Of a DNA stretch of 64,000 nt, positions 38,520-51,620 are shown piece after piece (position 1 is the stretch's first letter; each line of letters begins with the position of its first letter). This stretch comes from Chiloscyllium plagiosum. Its lineage: Eukaryota. Where the stretch lies: NCBI RefSeq assembly GCF_004010195.1, contig NC_057711.1, positions 83,618,465-83,682,464 on the forward strand. Direction: 5' to 3'. Under the pieces are notes generated by a model. The model was not told where the DNA came from, ran no database searches, and was given only the letters and a program-made list of their open reading frames with translations. The translations under genes and the position numbers were made by a program.

Positions 38520-40260
38520 CATGGAAGGGTCTATTCACTTAATCTATTTATATCCCTTCATAGCCTCCTCATATCTTCTTCACAATGGGTTTTCCTACAT
38601 ATCTTCGTGTTGTCAGCAACATTAACTAACATCTTCAGTCTCTTCATCCAATATAAATGTAAAATGTTGAGGCCCCAGCACTGATTGCCAAATTGCTGCA
38701 CTATTTCCATTTCCAGAAGTCACTGTCATACACAAATCTCAGAATTTCACAACAGCTATTCTAATATAGCCTGCTCTCTGCTTCACATCAGAACATGCTG
38801 CACTGGAAACTATCTTTAAAACAGCTTATGAACTCTTCATTCTAGATTACCTTTTAATCTGCGTGATTATCGCTTTGCCTTTCTGATAAATTCCCAGTTC
38901 TTCTTCCTATATACTCTGTCCAACCTTGTGGTTAAGGTTAAAGGGTCAGTACACAAGTCCCACAAGTGACTTCTTGCCTTTATCAATTCTCATCTTTACA
39001 CAAAACATTTCTACTCCCTGGTTTCCTGTTCTGATATTATGTCACCTTTTATCATGAGGTTATTACCATCATTTGTTAACAGAGACATCGCTACGCATTT
39101 ACTGAGCTTCCCATCCATCCTAATTGTCAGATAGCCTTTAATGTTATGTTTATAATCAATGCCATCATACATATGCATGTCTATAACTTTCAGACTGTAT
39201 TAGTTATTTCTATTTGCAATATCAACTAGTCTATTTTGTTTCAAATCTTTTGTGCATTTAGTTATAGAGTCTTTAATAGAGTAATTTTATTATTTTTGTA
39301 AACTGTGTTAATTTGTACTGTTGACCCTTCCCTTTCACTGTTAATTTAATATTTCCCATATGAATACTTTTCTCTCTTGTTTTGTCTCTATTTGTTGATT
39401 TACCATATCTTGCAAACTTTGATCCCTTAGTTTAATATGATCTCTACTTCCCTAGTTATACAGCTCATCCCAGGATGGTTCAGGTGTAGACCATTACAGA
39501 CCACACTTGCCCCAGTATTGGCACCCATGTCGCATGAAGCAGGATGCATTTCTCCCACGCCAGTCTTTGAATGATGCATTCAGTTCTCTAATCTGATTTG
39601 CCCTCTCCTAATTTGCACATGACTCAGGTAATAATCCAGGGATGATTACCTTCAAGCTTGTTCTTCTTAATCTGGTTCCTAGCTCCTTATACTTGCCCTC
39701 TTCCCTTGTCTTGTCTATGTCATTGGTATCCTTCCCCTCCCATGATGAGATCCTGTTTAGCCTTGCGCAACACAGCTTTCTGCACTCATTCTCTGCTGCT
39801 GAAGAAAGTGTCATTCCCTTTGTTATCTTTTCCCCTAAGACAACTACATTCATTTTTGTTTCCTTCACTTGTATAGCTTCCTGTACCGTCAGTGCCATGG
39901 TCAGTTATCTGATCTAACCTGCAGCCCTCACTTTGAACCAAACAAGATGTAAATGCATCAAACCTTTTCAGCAATTACAAAGCCTCCAGGCCTCCTGCCC
40001 TCTCTGTTCTTTTATTTGTCTTTCTCACAGTCCCTGACCACTGATCAAATCACAAGACCCTTTCCTCAGAGGTATGACTACCTCCTAGACTAAAGAGTCC
40101 AGGGAACCTTTGACCTCCTTGTTGAGTTACAGTGTCTGTAGTACTGAGCCAAAGCCACTCAAGTTGCAAAATGCATTTGCTTTAGATTAGACAGATATTC
40201 AGGAGCTCTCACATTCTGCAATTATAACACATCATCTGCTTTGCCATGCCGAATGTGTTT
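38520..40260 (-). mobile_element. Old CR1 5' region (ORF1 esterase-like segment and ORF2 start), degraded
   Basis: TNDIDK...YKELGTRLRRTSLKVIIPGLLP resembles the CR1 ORF1 SGNH-esterase segment. Confidence 0.65.
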
Positions 40261-41099
40261 TAATTAATTACTTAATTACTTTGTTCAATTATTTATTTTT
40301 CTTTTTCATTATTGTATTAATATTACCACTGTGTCCTTCCTATTTTAAATCCTAAGAATTGAATTGTTTGGAACCACTTTGTTAAAATTCCTACTCGTGA
40401 CAAAATATTTAAGAATTCAAAAAACATTATGTTTTATAAATTCCAGCATTTTAATACTTAACATACTTTACAAGTAGAAAGGATTCTTGCATAAAAGTAA
40501 AAGTGAAAAGATAAGCTAGTATTTATACTTTGCATAATTGCTTGATAATTTTATAATTGCTCCAATTAAAATATCCTGGTTTAGATAAGAATGAAACAGA
40601 AAATATGCACCAGCCAATCACTTACCTGCTCTCCTTAATACCACATTTCAATTTTACTTTCCAACTGTGCACTCTCCTCTCCTGCAGTGTCTCTGTTGGT
40701 AATTCCCACTGTCTGTTTAAACAGTTCTCTCCTGCTGTGCTTCTGTTGCAATAGTTTGTCTTTTGTTGTGTGGTTACAGGCCCACATCCAACAGTTTGAG
40801 TTCAAGACAGATGTTTGAGGAGGAGGCAAAGTCAAAAACTGTTTTCAAGCTTACGTTCCTCAGAACTCCTTTTTGCTACTATACGTTACTATAGAGAGTA
40901 ATAATCAGAGATGTACCAGAATTTCATTTTACTGTTGCATTATTGAAAGACTATTCTGTACATGTACTTCTCTCTTCAAATGTACTTCCGAAATGTGTAA
41001 CTTAGATCATTTCTTTTTACAACATTTAATGTCCTTGTGTCCCTGTATTGCTCACACCTCCTCAAGTCTTTAACGTGACTCAACTATAATGATATGGAT

Positions 41100-42590
41100 G
41101 AAAATTCTTTGACAAGGTATAGAAACACTCGAGGTCAAGATGGTGAGCTTCCTTTCACCCGTTTGATTTGAGATTTAATTGATCTGGTGGCCTGCCCCAC
41201 ATGGTAGTACGTGCTGAAGTGACTTGTGATGATGGAACTGAAGGAACATAAGGGGAAGTCATGTTAATTCTTCTTCTCTGCCAGCAGCATCTATTTCAGG
41301 TAATTGTGTTAACTCTCCAAGAAAGGAATGAAATTGTCCATCAAAGGTAATGGTTCCCCACATACAAAAAATTGGTCCATTGCAGTATTGATTGGTTTTT
41401 CAAGGTTCTGTTTCATGGCGTGAACATATATGTCAGCCTAGACATGATTTGGTTTGATATTTAGTGCATTATTTAGATAGATCTTTAGCACATCTTCAAG
41501 AAGGGACATCTTTTTCTACAATGTTGGCATGAGGCTTGACAGTTCAGTCTTGGCTGATGTGGGACTTTGCAACTACACCTGTGACGGGATACTGTTATTA
41601 GATTGTTTTGGGTTTTGTGTTCAAGTTGTCATATACAGTATATTTTTCACTTCAGAGGTGTGAATCTTCTGGTTGAATATTCTATTGTGCTGTAAATAGT
41701 CAACACTCTCTTGGGAATGTTCTGCATTAAACAGAACTTTTGCTGTATTATACTTCTTGAGTAATTAGATTAGATTAGATTACATTTGATTACATTACAG
41801 CGTGGAAACAGGCCCTTCGGCCCAACAAGTCCACACCGACCCGCCGAAGCGCAACCCATACCATACCCCTACATTTACCCCTTACCTAACACTACGGGAA
41901 ATTTAGCATGGCCAATTCACCTGACCTGCACATTTTTGGACTGTGGGAGGAAACCGGAGCACCCAGAGGAAACCCACGCAGACATGGGGAGAATGTGAAA
42001 ACTACACACAGTCAATTGCCTGAGGCGGGAAATGAACCCGGGTCTCAGGCGCTGTGAGGCAGCAGTGCTAACCACTGTGCCACCGTGCTGCCCACTAATG
42101 TTTTAGTCGATGTATCCAATACTATGTGGACTGCTCATTCTAGAGTTAAATCCTAGTTTGATTGAATTACTTCAGAAACAGATTTATTTAAGAGACCCAA
42201 AAGTAATTCTGTTGCAAATGATCCCTTATAAAATGTTTCTATAGGTTGAATGGCTCAGTTAGTCCATATAGTGAAACATTACAGAATCAGCTGAGAGTTG
42301 GTATCTGTTTTGAAGCTTAACTTCACCAGAATCTTGTTTGTTCTTGAAGTGAAAAATTGATCAAAGCTGTTATGAAGTTGCCAAATGTAATTTGTATCTG
42401 GTCAACCTGTTGTCTATGTAACACATAATATTCTTACCACATGGTACAAACATGCACTCGCTTGTTTGGCATTTAATGGTGTAATACTGTGAAGCTGTTC
42501 AACGTCATAAGAGTTGTGCTTTCCATATTTGCCAATTTGTTATATCAAATGGATCTAATAGCTTGAATTTCACTGGCAGTAAGATTGGTA
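41100..42590 (-). mobile_element. Degraded Gypsy-like gag-pol remnant, split by a SINE
   Basis: Minus-strand VKLSFKTDTNSQ (FK.DTGA protease-like) near 42300, with an adjacent C..CGK knuckle-like segment. Confidence 0.45.
41764..42093 (-). mobile_element. HE1-like SINE, full length
   Basis: (ATTAG)n tail and a complete head ...gcagcagtgctaaccactgtgccaccgtgctgccc. Confidence 0.92.
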
Positions 42591-42599
42591 CCAGTGCAT

Positions 42600-44495
42600 T
42601 GATGATTGTTGAAAGGCACTGGGCCTGCTTTGGAAGTCCCCAGCATCACAGATGCTAGTTTTCAGATAATTCAATTCCCTCCATTTCATATCAAGAAACA
42701 GCTGAATGCACTGGATACTGCAAATGCTACAACAACATTCTGGCATTAGTACTGAAGAGCTGTGCTGCAGAACTTGTTATGCCTCTAATCAAGCTGTGCC
42801 AGTACAGCGACAACACTGGCATCAACCCAGGAATATGATAAACTATCGTGTCCACAAAATGCTGGGTAAATCAAATACCAGTCCATCAGGCTACTCTTGA
42901 TCATCAGTCAGATGATGGAAAGGTTCATCAACGATACTGTCAAGTAGCGTTTGTTCAGTAATAACCTGCTCAGTGACACCTTTACTCAATTTGATTCAGT
43001 CTATGCGGTATTAAGAAATGATTAGAGACACTGGATATTGCTCCCCTAGCCAAGCTTTTCAAGTACAGTTACAAGACTGGCATCTACCTGACAATGTGAA
43101 AAATGCCCAGGTATATCCTGAACACGCAAAGCAAGGCAAATCCAACCTGACCAATTAGCACCCCATCAGTCTACTCTGGATCATCAGGAAAGTGATGGAA
43201 GGTGTCATCAACAGTGCTTTCAAGTAGCTCTTGCTCAGTGATGCCAGTTCAGTTTTGCCAGGGCCACTCAGTCCCAGGCGTCATTATTTGGTTTAAACAT
43301 AGACAAAAGAGCTGAATTCCAGAGGCTAGGGGAATAGTGACAGCTCTAGACATCAAGGCTGCATTCAGCTGAGTGTGGCATCAAGGAGCCCTAATGGGTA
43401 TTGGGGGCGAAATCCCTGCTGATTGGAATCCTATCTGGCACATTGGAAGATGGTTGTGGCTGTTGGAGATCAGTCATCTCAGCACTAGGATATCTTTGCA
43501 GGGCTGACAAGTAGCAAGTAATATTCGTTTCACATAAATGCCAGGCAATGACTGTCTCCCATAAGAGATGATTTAACCACTGCCTCTTGACATTCAATGG
43601 TGTTACCATCACTGAATCCCACAGTATCAACATCCTTGGGTCACCATTGACCAGAAACTCAATTGAATATGCCACATAAAAAGTGAGGACTGCAGATGCT
43701 GGAGAGTCAGAGTTGAAAAGTGTGGCACTGGAAAATCACAGCAGGTCAGGCAGCATCCTAGGAGCAGGAGAGTCCTCAGGATGAAGGGCTTATGCCCGAA
43801 ACATCGACTCCCCTGCTCCACAGATGCTGCCTGACCTGCTATGATTTTCCAGCGCCACACTTTCAACACATAAGCACATTGTCTGCGACAACAGGTCAGA
43901 GGCTCAGAATACAGCAGCAAGAATCTCACCTCCCGAATGACTCCTTGAAGCCTGTCCACCATTTACAAGCCACAAGTCAGGAGTATCATGGAATACTCCC
44001 CACTTGCCTGGATGGGTGCAGCTCCAACGACATTTAAGAAGCTTAACACCATCCAGGACAAAGCAGTCTGTTTGATTGACACCATATCCACAAATATTCA
44101 CTCCTTCCATCACAGGTGCTCAGTAGCAGCAGTGTGTACTATTTACAAGATATACTGCTAAAATTCACCAGAGAACCTTAGATAGTACCTTTCAAACTCA
44201 CGACTACTTCCATCTCAAAGGACAAGGGCAGCAGATATATGGGAATACCACCACCCTCAAGTTCCCCTCCAAGTCACTCACCATCCTCATTTGGAAATCT
44301 ATTGCTGTTTCTTCACTGTTGCTGGGTCAAAATCCTGAAATTCCCTCCCCAATGGATTTATGGATCAACCTACATCACATGAACTGCAGCAGTTTAAAAA
44401 GGCAGTTCATCACCACCTTCTCAAGGGCAGCTAGGGACAGACAGTAAATTCTGGCAAGCCAGAAATGACCACAACCCATGAGTGAAATAATTTAA
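42600..44495 (+). mobile_element. CR1-clade LINE (second family), deleted and degraded
   Basis: SNLTN..PISLL.II.KVMEGVIN and ALDIKAAF..VWHQG motifs; 3' tail near 44440-44490. Confidence 0.8.
43680..43866. mobile_element. Mini fold-back Penelope-derived insertion
   Basis: CACATAA repeated at 43673-43679 and 43867-43873; arms at about 43712-43774 and 43806-43866. Confidence 0.85.
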
Positions 44496-44669
44496 AAAGT
44501 GACAAGTAACTTTAATTGCTACACAAGGTATTAATTGCCAGGCAATGACAATCTCCAACAAAATAGAATATAGTCATTATCCTCTATGTTTGATTACCAT
44601 CACTAAATCCCCATTGTTATCATGTTGTGTTTACCATTGACAAGACACTGAACTGGACTTGGCATATAT

Positions 44670-44985
44670 GGGTGGCACTGTGGCTCAGGGGTAAGCACTT
44701 CTCCATCACAGTGCCAGAGACACGGGCTGTGTTCCTCAGGAGACTGGCAGTTTACACATTATCCCCGTATCTGCATGGGTTTCCTGCCACAGTTTAGATG
44801 GATTAGACATGCTAAATTGACCATAGTGTCCAGGGATGTGCAAGCTAGTTGGATTAGCTATGGAAAATGTAGGGTTACAGAGATAGCTTGGGAAGATGGG
44901 TCTGGTGGGATGCTCTTCAGATGTTCAGTATGGACATGATGGGCTGACTGGTTTGTTTCCACACTGTAGGGATTCTATGATTCAA
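44670..44985 (+). mobile_element. Degraded HE1-like SINE
   Basis: ggtggcactgtggctcag head; catgctaaattg; tccacactgtagggattctatg tail. Confidence 0.8.
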
Positions 44986-45134
44986 TGTAACTATTATGGC
45001 TGAAACAGTAGGTGATGCTAGGAATTCTGCTGCAAGCAACTCATCTCCTGAATGTCCAAAGCCTGTCCACCATCTACCAGGCACAAGTCAGGAGTGTGAT
45101 GGAATACTTCCACTTGCCTGGATGGATGTAGCTC

Positions 45135-45418
45135 ATTTCCCCTCAACCCACATTACCCCAGTCCCAAGCCTCCAACTCGGCACCGCCCTCCAGACCTGTC
45201 CATCACTGCCCCCTCCGACCTATCACCTTCTCCCTCACCTTCATCCACCTATCGCTTTCCCAGCTACCTCCCCCAACCCCACCCCTTCCCATTTTTTCTC
45301 AGCCCCGACCCACAAGCTTCATTCCTGATGAAAGGCCTTTGCCCAAAATGTAGATTCTCCTGTTCCATGGATGCTGCCTGACCTGCTATGCTTTTTCAGC
45401 ACCACATTCTTGACTCTA
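45135..45418 (+). mobile_element. Penelope terminal-repeat insertion
   Basis: TSD GATGTAGCTC at 45125-45134 and 45419-45428; degraded CTGATGAAAGGCCTTTGCCCAAAA core. Confidence 0.82.
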
Positions 45419-48400
45419 GATGTAGCTCCAAAAACATAAGAATTTTGATGCTATCCAGGACAAAGCAGCCCACTTGATTGAAACCACATCCACAAACACT
45501 CACTCCCCCCACCACTAAAACACAGGAACTGCAATGTGTGTCACATACAAGATACTATGCAGCAATTCATCATAGCTGTTTAGATAGCATCTTCCAAATT
45601 CACAATCATTGTCATCTAGAAAGACAAGGACAGCAGACACATGGGAGCACCATCACCTACAAGTTCATCTCCAAGCCATTCACCATCACTATCCTATATT
45701 GCTGTTGGTTTGTTGTCACTGCATCAAAATCTTGGAACTCCGTCCCTAACAGCACTGTAGGTGTACCTACCTCTCTTAAACTGCAGCAGTTAAAGAAGAC
45801 AATTCATCACTATCTTCTCGATGGCAACCAGGGGTGGGAAATAAATGCTTGCCTACATCCCACAAGCAAATTTTAAAAAGACACTGCAGAGCAGAATAAC
45901 AACAACTTCACTTCAAAAACAATGCATGGCCATGACCAAGGAATCTGGGGCAGGTACAGTGCGAATAAATCACTTTTTAATTCTTTCAGCATGTCTTCAG
46001 TTCATAGGGTGCAAAATCTACCATGTTATCTGAAAGTATACAGCTAACCAGATAAGTATACCAATGGATACAAGAGTAACACAGAGATACCAAGTGAACC
46101 TTAACTCAAAGGCGAGATCATCATTTCACAGGCAAACCATTCTGGCCATTATTTAACCTCCAGAAAGTGAACTCTGACAGTTAGCCAGTTGAAGCTTGAA
46201 AAGTGCTTATCCTGGTGAACAGATTTGAGCAACAGAGAAAACGATTCCTCCTCTTCATTTATTTTGCATTTTTATTTATATCCTAAATCATGAAATAAGT
46301 TAGACCTGTCAGTTGGAGGATGGTCAAAGATAAATGTTTGGACAGGGCCTTCTAAACAAATCCTGAGCAGAGGCATGAGCAACACAATTTTTTATTGACT
46401 GTATCAAGCTGACATGATTAGGAAAACCTCTGAGTGATACAAAAATAAAAAGATAGACAAAAGAAAATTCCAACAACATTGAATGTCAAATGAAAAAGGG
46501 TAACCATAGCTCACCAAAGTATTAAAAGATTTCCTAAGCAGCTTGCTGATGATGAGACAAGGGAAGGTTGTATCTGTTTAAATATTTCTTATCCATTTTC
46601 TCCTTTGAGATGAATCAACATCAAGTACTTCCAGGCTTCCTGTATACTAAAAGCACATAACAACTGTCTTAACATCTGTGAAGACAGCAGTTTCAAATAG
46701 AAAGGGTTGTGACCCACCCTCGCCCCCAGGGGCAACGTTTTGTTTAGAAAAAAGATGGCTGTTCAGAAACAATATTATTTTGTTGCTGGCAGATGATGAA
46801 ATCCACAGTAACATTCCCCAAATGCACAGGATATCCAGCACCCAGCAGGTGGGCTATGTTTCCTAAATAAATCAGAATTTTAAGGCTTTATTATGTTTGT
46901 GAAATGAGCCATAAGAAGCAATCATTCTGTCAAAGAATGAAGATGATGAATAACTAAACCACGCAAACAGGACAGACAAGAACTATTTCAAATTGTCAAA
47001 TAATTTTAAAAATCTATCATTATGATTTGAAAATACTATCAATGAAAGAAATTTTGGAACAGAGATCTGTTCTAAATTAATCATATTTTGGTGAATTACA
47101 CAAATCTTCCTTTATTAGTCAATCTAACATTTTGTTCTACATAGTGGAAGATAAAGGTATGAAGAAGTTTGAAAAACCCTTGAGGGGTAACCAATAAATA
47201 TTTCACTAGTTATTTTATCATCATGTTCAATCATAAGAAAAATTTCAAAATCTGAAGCATTGTAGTGATATAATGGTTGTCTGATCCATTCTTGGGATAT
47301 GGGTATTGCTAGCAAGTGCAGCATTCATTTATAGCCCATCCCTCAATTGGCTAAAAAGGTGATGGTGAGTTGCCTTCTTGAACTGCAACAGTAAAGGTAC
47401 TCCCATTATACTGTTAGGATACATCTGAGTTAAAAGATTTTGACCCAGCAATGTGGATAGAGCAGTATTGTATGTCGAAATTGATTTGAGAAGTCATCAG
47501 ATTGCACCAAGTAGGTAAAGATTAACAGTTATCTGTTAAGCTTTTTTCACATTTTAAACTAAGCTTGTTGGTGTTTATTAGTGCGGGCAATGTTTTGTTT
47601 GTCAGCTGAGTGGCATGGTTGCCCTCATCACAGTAGAAACCTTTAAATGAGCAATTATTGGCCTGTTGTGGCTTGCTTCCTGCCTAGCCCTCAGGGTGAG
47701 GGAGGAAACCTTTCCATGTCAGATTCACAAGAGGTTTTCATTTTATGGGGCTCCCTCAACCCTCTGGCCTCTACATTAAGATTCCTACTGCACACACCCG
47801 ACCCTGTCCCAGGTCGCAACACTCCCTTACCTACCATAGGACACCCAACACTTACCTGATCGTGTGCCATGAAACATGTAAGCTAGAGGCTGCTTGTCAT
47901 CCCACTCCTGGCCACTGCTGTGGGCTCTGATGTAGGAAGTTTACAAATGTGCAGCTTAGCTTCAAATTCCAGAGAAATCCTTGCAATGCAGGATCATCAG
48001 GAAAAGCCAAGCTATGCCCACCCTTTCCTTTACAACACCAACTGCTATATTCTATGAAGTGAATAGTTTAAATCTCCAAAAGTCTCAATGAAACATTGCA
48101 AACAGTGGGTAAGTGTGTAAGGTAAGTGGCTGAAAGTGTAGACTGGCAGGTCAGTGCGCGAGCAGATAGAGTGGCAGCTTGGTGGATATGGAGGAAGAAT
48201 TGCAGATGAGTGGGTGAGGATGTAGTTGGCACATTGGTAAAGGAATAGGGCTTAGCATGCCAAGTTAGTGAGGAGATTGGGTAACAGTGAGAGGGTACGG
48301 TGTAAGTGGGTGAGGGGATTAGAGTGGCATGTAAGTGGGTAAGGATTAAAATGGGCAGAAGATTTGAGGTCAGCTCAAGGAATGTTGCAAAATGCGAGGT

Positions 48401-48797
48401 CAGAACCAGATCTCTCAGGAGTTGGGCGGGGGGGGGGTTGGTGTCGTTGTCAGTCGGAGCCAGGTCGGTTAAAGCAGGGGTTAATGAAATGGGTGTCAGA
48501 TCAAGTTGGGGAGCTGATAGGGTTGTCATGGGTAGAGGAAGAAGTGAAGTTCAGTGGTGATTTCGGAGAGTAGCTTGTCAATTTTGTAGTGACCCAAGAA
48601 ATAGAGCATATTTACTCCTTCTAACTTTACTTGGGTTACTATTTAAGAAAATTCATCAGAACTCCTAAAAGAGTCTAAATCTAACTTAGAATTGGATACA
48701 TTTTTAGAAGGTTCGAGCTTCCAAGTAATTGCCCATTGCGTGGTTAAACTTCCCAGACAATTCCAGGATAATCACTTGTCAGGGCTTACAAGGGATC

Positions 48798-49436
48798 TGT
48801 GACAATACTATGGCTTTGAGAGGTGTATTTTGTCCTTTTTTTTGAAGAGAGGTTTTAAAACAGAGGTGCTGAGTGATTTATTTGAATCCAATAGAGTAAC
48901 CAGCATTTTGTTTTAAAGTTGGAACAATAGGAGCAGCCTGAATGGTGGGGCCAAGCTCTCCCAAACCCAGGATTTCTAGTTTTAGTTTTTCAGTAGCAGT
49001 TGCTGGGATCTTGAAGCTGGGGTTTGACACTGCAGTGCATCTCTCTCTGCTACTCTGTCTCTGAGTTTTCTCTTGATTTTTTTTCCTCCTGGACTGAAAA
49101 ATTACATCTAAGACAATCTGTTTTACTGAATTTGCCTCTGCCAAGGGTGTGTTTATGGGATATTACAATATTGGAACAGTTACTGTTCAGTAGTTAAATA
49201 ATCTATTATTCTGTTAAATGTTTCAATAAAGTTAAATCATTCCAATTTCATTTTTCTTTTATTGCATTTTAAATATAGTATATGAATGAAGTGTGTTTTG
49301 CTTCAAGACTGGTAGTTTGACCAATTGAATTGCATCTGGAGTGTATCTCCTGGCATTTGCCTTTAAAATAAGAAAACGTCAGGGCCTAGGCTACCTTCTC
49401 AATATATTTTGAGGGGGTTTGGTCTGGTCCACAACA
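48798..49436 (+). mobile_element. Solo LTR (Gypsy-like)
   Basis: TGT...ACA termini, internal AATAAA near 49226, flanks GATC/GATT; a second copy lies at 10006-10647. Confidence 0.75.
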
Positions 49437-49569
49437 GATTCTATTGCACATCTTTCAGGATACAGTGCCACAATGTCTGTCTTCTGGTTAGAAGATCTGG
49501 GCCAAAGTTACAAAATTCTCCAAATTGTTTCCTTTCTCCAGTTAGAGACGTAATCCTCCTGACAATATA

Positions 49570-49895
49570 GTGGTAGGGCAAAGGCCTAGTGTTATTATCG
49601 CTGGGCTGTTAATTCAGAGAGCCAAGTAATGTTCTGGGGACCTGGGTTTGAATTCCTGCATGACAGACAGTGGAATTTGGATTCAACAGATATCTGGAAT
49701 GAAGAATCTAATGACGACCGTGAATTGATTGTCAGGAAAAACCCATCTGGCTCACTAATGCCTCTCACGGGTCTGGCCTACATGTGACTCCAGACCCACA
49801 GAATGAGGTTGACTCTTAACTGTCCTCTGAGCAATTAGAGATGGGCAATAAATGCTGGCCTAACCAGTGGTGCCCTTATCCCTTAATGAATGAAA
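49570..49895 (+). mobile_element. tRNA-derived SINE with CR1-clade LINE tail
   Basis: GGCCTAGTG A-box-like and GGTTTGAATTCC B-box-like motifs; tail GGGCAATAAATGCTGGCC...ATGAATGAA resembles the LINE end at 44440-44490. Confidence 0.75.
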
Positions 49896-50805
49896 ACAAA
49901 TTCTTGCTCTTTCTGATGTAATCTATGTATTGAAATACAAGTGATGTAAAGAAGTAGGTGAGGTAGGCATGATAATTTCTTTATAAATGGAGGATATTGT
50001 CAACTAACCATGAAAAGTAATTCCACCAATGACACTTAAATAAGTCATGTATGAAAAAGTCACAATGAGCTGTAACCACATCATGAGGCATTTTTCTTAA
50101 TAAACACTTTATAGATTTCAACTGGAAATAATGGAACTTAAATGAGGATTTTTATAAACCCAACACCTGAACATGCTTGGTGAGATTATGTCAGAATTAA
50201 CTAGGGCAAAAATTTCTTTTGATCATTATTTCTAATATGATTGTAAATATTTACAGGAGAATATGTTCATTTTAACCACAGCTAAACCAGTTAAAACCAG
50301 ATGAGTTTACAGTTAAAAATGTGCTCAGAAATCAACCTTTTTCTGTGATTTATAATATTAACTGATTGGCAGAGTCTTATAAATTACATGAACTGGATAC
50401 TATTATATCATTAACAGAATCCCAAGGCTGGTGACTGAATGAGGAAACTTCCACAACTTTGTCTTTGCATGTGCAAAATGTGGGCCTAACATTTATTTGA
50501 GATGCCAGTTAAAAAGCTATCTAGCTCGATGCTGGAAATATGAAATAAAAATAAAATATGAATGAAAACATTCAGCAGGTCAAACAGCATCTGTGTAGAA
50601 AAAGAAACAGAATTCACATTTCTGTGACCTTTCATAAAGTATCTTTGAACAACAGATATGAGGAACAAGGACAAAATCAAGTCTGTGATAGGGTGGAAAG
50701 CAGGAGAGATTGACTGACAGAAAAGTTAGTCTTCTTGGCTCAAGGAAATAGTGATAGGGCAAGAAACGAAACAGAGAAACAAAATATGTACCTGTGGAGC
50801 AGGTG

Positions 50806-50995
50806 AGAATATGGTGCTGGAAAAGCACAGCAGGTTAGGCAGCATCCGAGGAGCAGGAAAATCGACATTTTGGGCAAAAGCCCTTCATCAGGACACGTCA
50901 ACTTTCCTGCTCCTCGGATGCTGCCTGACCTGCTGTGCTTTTCTAGCATCACACTCTTGACTCTAATCTCCAGCATCTGCAGTCATCACTTTCGC
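50806..50995. mobile_element. Mini fold-back Penelope-derived insertion
   Basis: 15-bp TSD CCTGTGGAGCAGGTG at 50791-50805 and 50996-51010; arms at about 50813-50867 and 50895-50950. Confidence 0.9.
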
Positions 50996-51103
50996 CCTGT
51001 GGAGCAGGTGTCCACTGGCTGTATGAAAGAAAAGCTATAACAAGTAAAACAAATAAACAAAATAGGGGGTATAGTTTACATCTGAAATTATTGAATTCAG
51101 TCT

Positions 51104-51620
51104 TTCCAAGATTCAAGATGGTGGCAGAGTAGCAGTGCTGCGTTTGGGCTCCTGGCCTGATTCTTTTATTTTCTTCTTTATTTTTGCTCATTTTCTTTTG
51201 CTGTTTCTCTTTTTTCCTTTCTTTCTCTTTAAATGCCTTTATCAGTGTTTCCAGCCTACTGAGCATGTGCAGCAGTGGCGGTGACAGAGTCGATCCTCCT
51301 GACAATTGGTAGTGACAGCAAGGCAACAGAGGTGTTCAGTGGAGCATGTCTCAGGAGGAGGCTGACCACAATCCTAGGCAAGGGAGATAAGACATTAAAA
51401 TCTGGATTTTTTTCTTTTCTTTTGGATAAGGACTTTAAGGTCTGAATATTTTTCTTTTTCTTTGGGATCTGTTTTTTTTATTTCTTCTCATTTTTTAAAA
51501 TTCTGGTTTTGTATTTTGTATTTTAAGGTAGTGCCGTAGAATGGCAACTTTGTACTGTTTTCATTGCATTCCTCTATTCCTGCACATGATTACATGTGAC
51601 AATAAAATCTAATTCTAATC
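51104..51620 (+). mobile_element. Non-autonomous L2-tailed element
   Basis: TCAGTCT repeated at 51097-51103 and 51621-51627; 5' CAAGATGGTGGC; 3' CATGTGACAATAAAATCTAATTCTAA. Confidence 0.65.

Larger units (their letters stand above)
44500..45875 (+). mobile_element. Second 3' fragment of the same CR1-clade LINE family
   Basis: Colinear with 43505-44490 (tgccaggcaatgac...; atccaggacaaagcag...). Confidence 0.78.

Noticed and set aside
40615..40640. CAG|GTAAGT donor-like site on the minus strand
   Set aside because: Lies upstream of a CR1 ORF1 remnant and probably belongs to the LINE 5' region; no acceptor or ORF supports an exon.
48068..48573. 153-aa Thr/Pro/Leu-rich ORF
   Set aside because: Arises from G/T-biased low-complexity, probably decayed repeat sequence; no recognisable domain.
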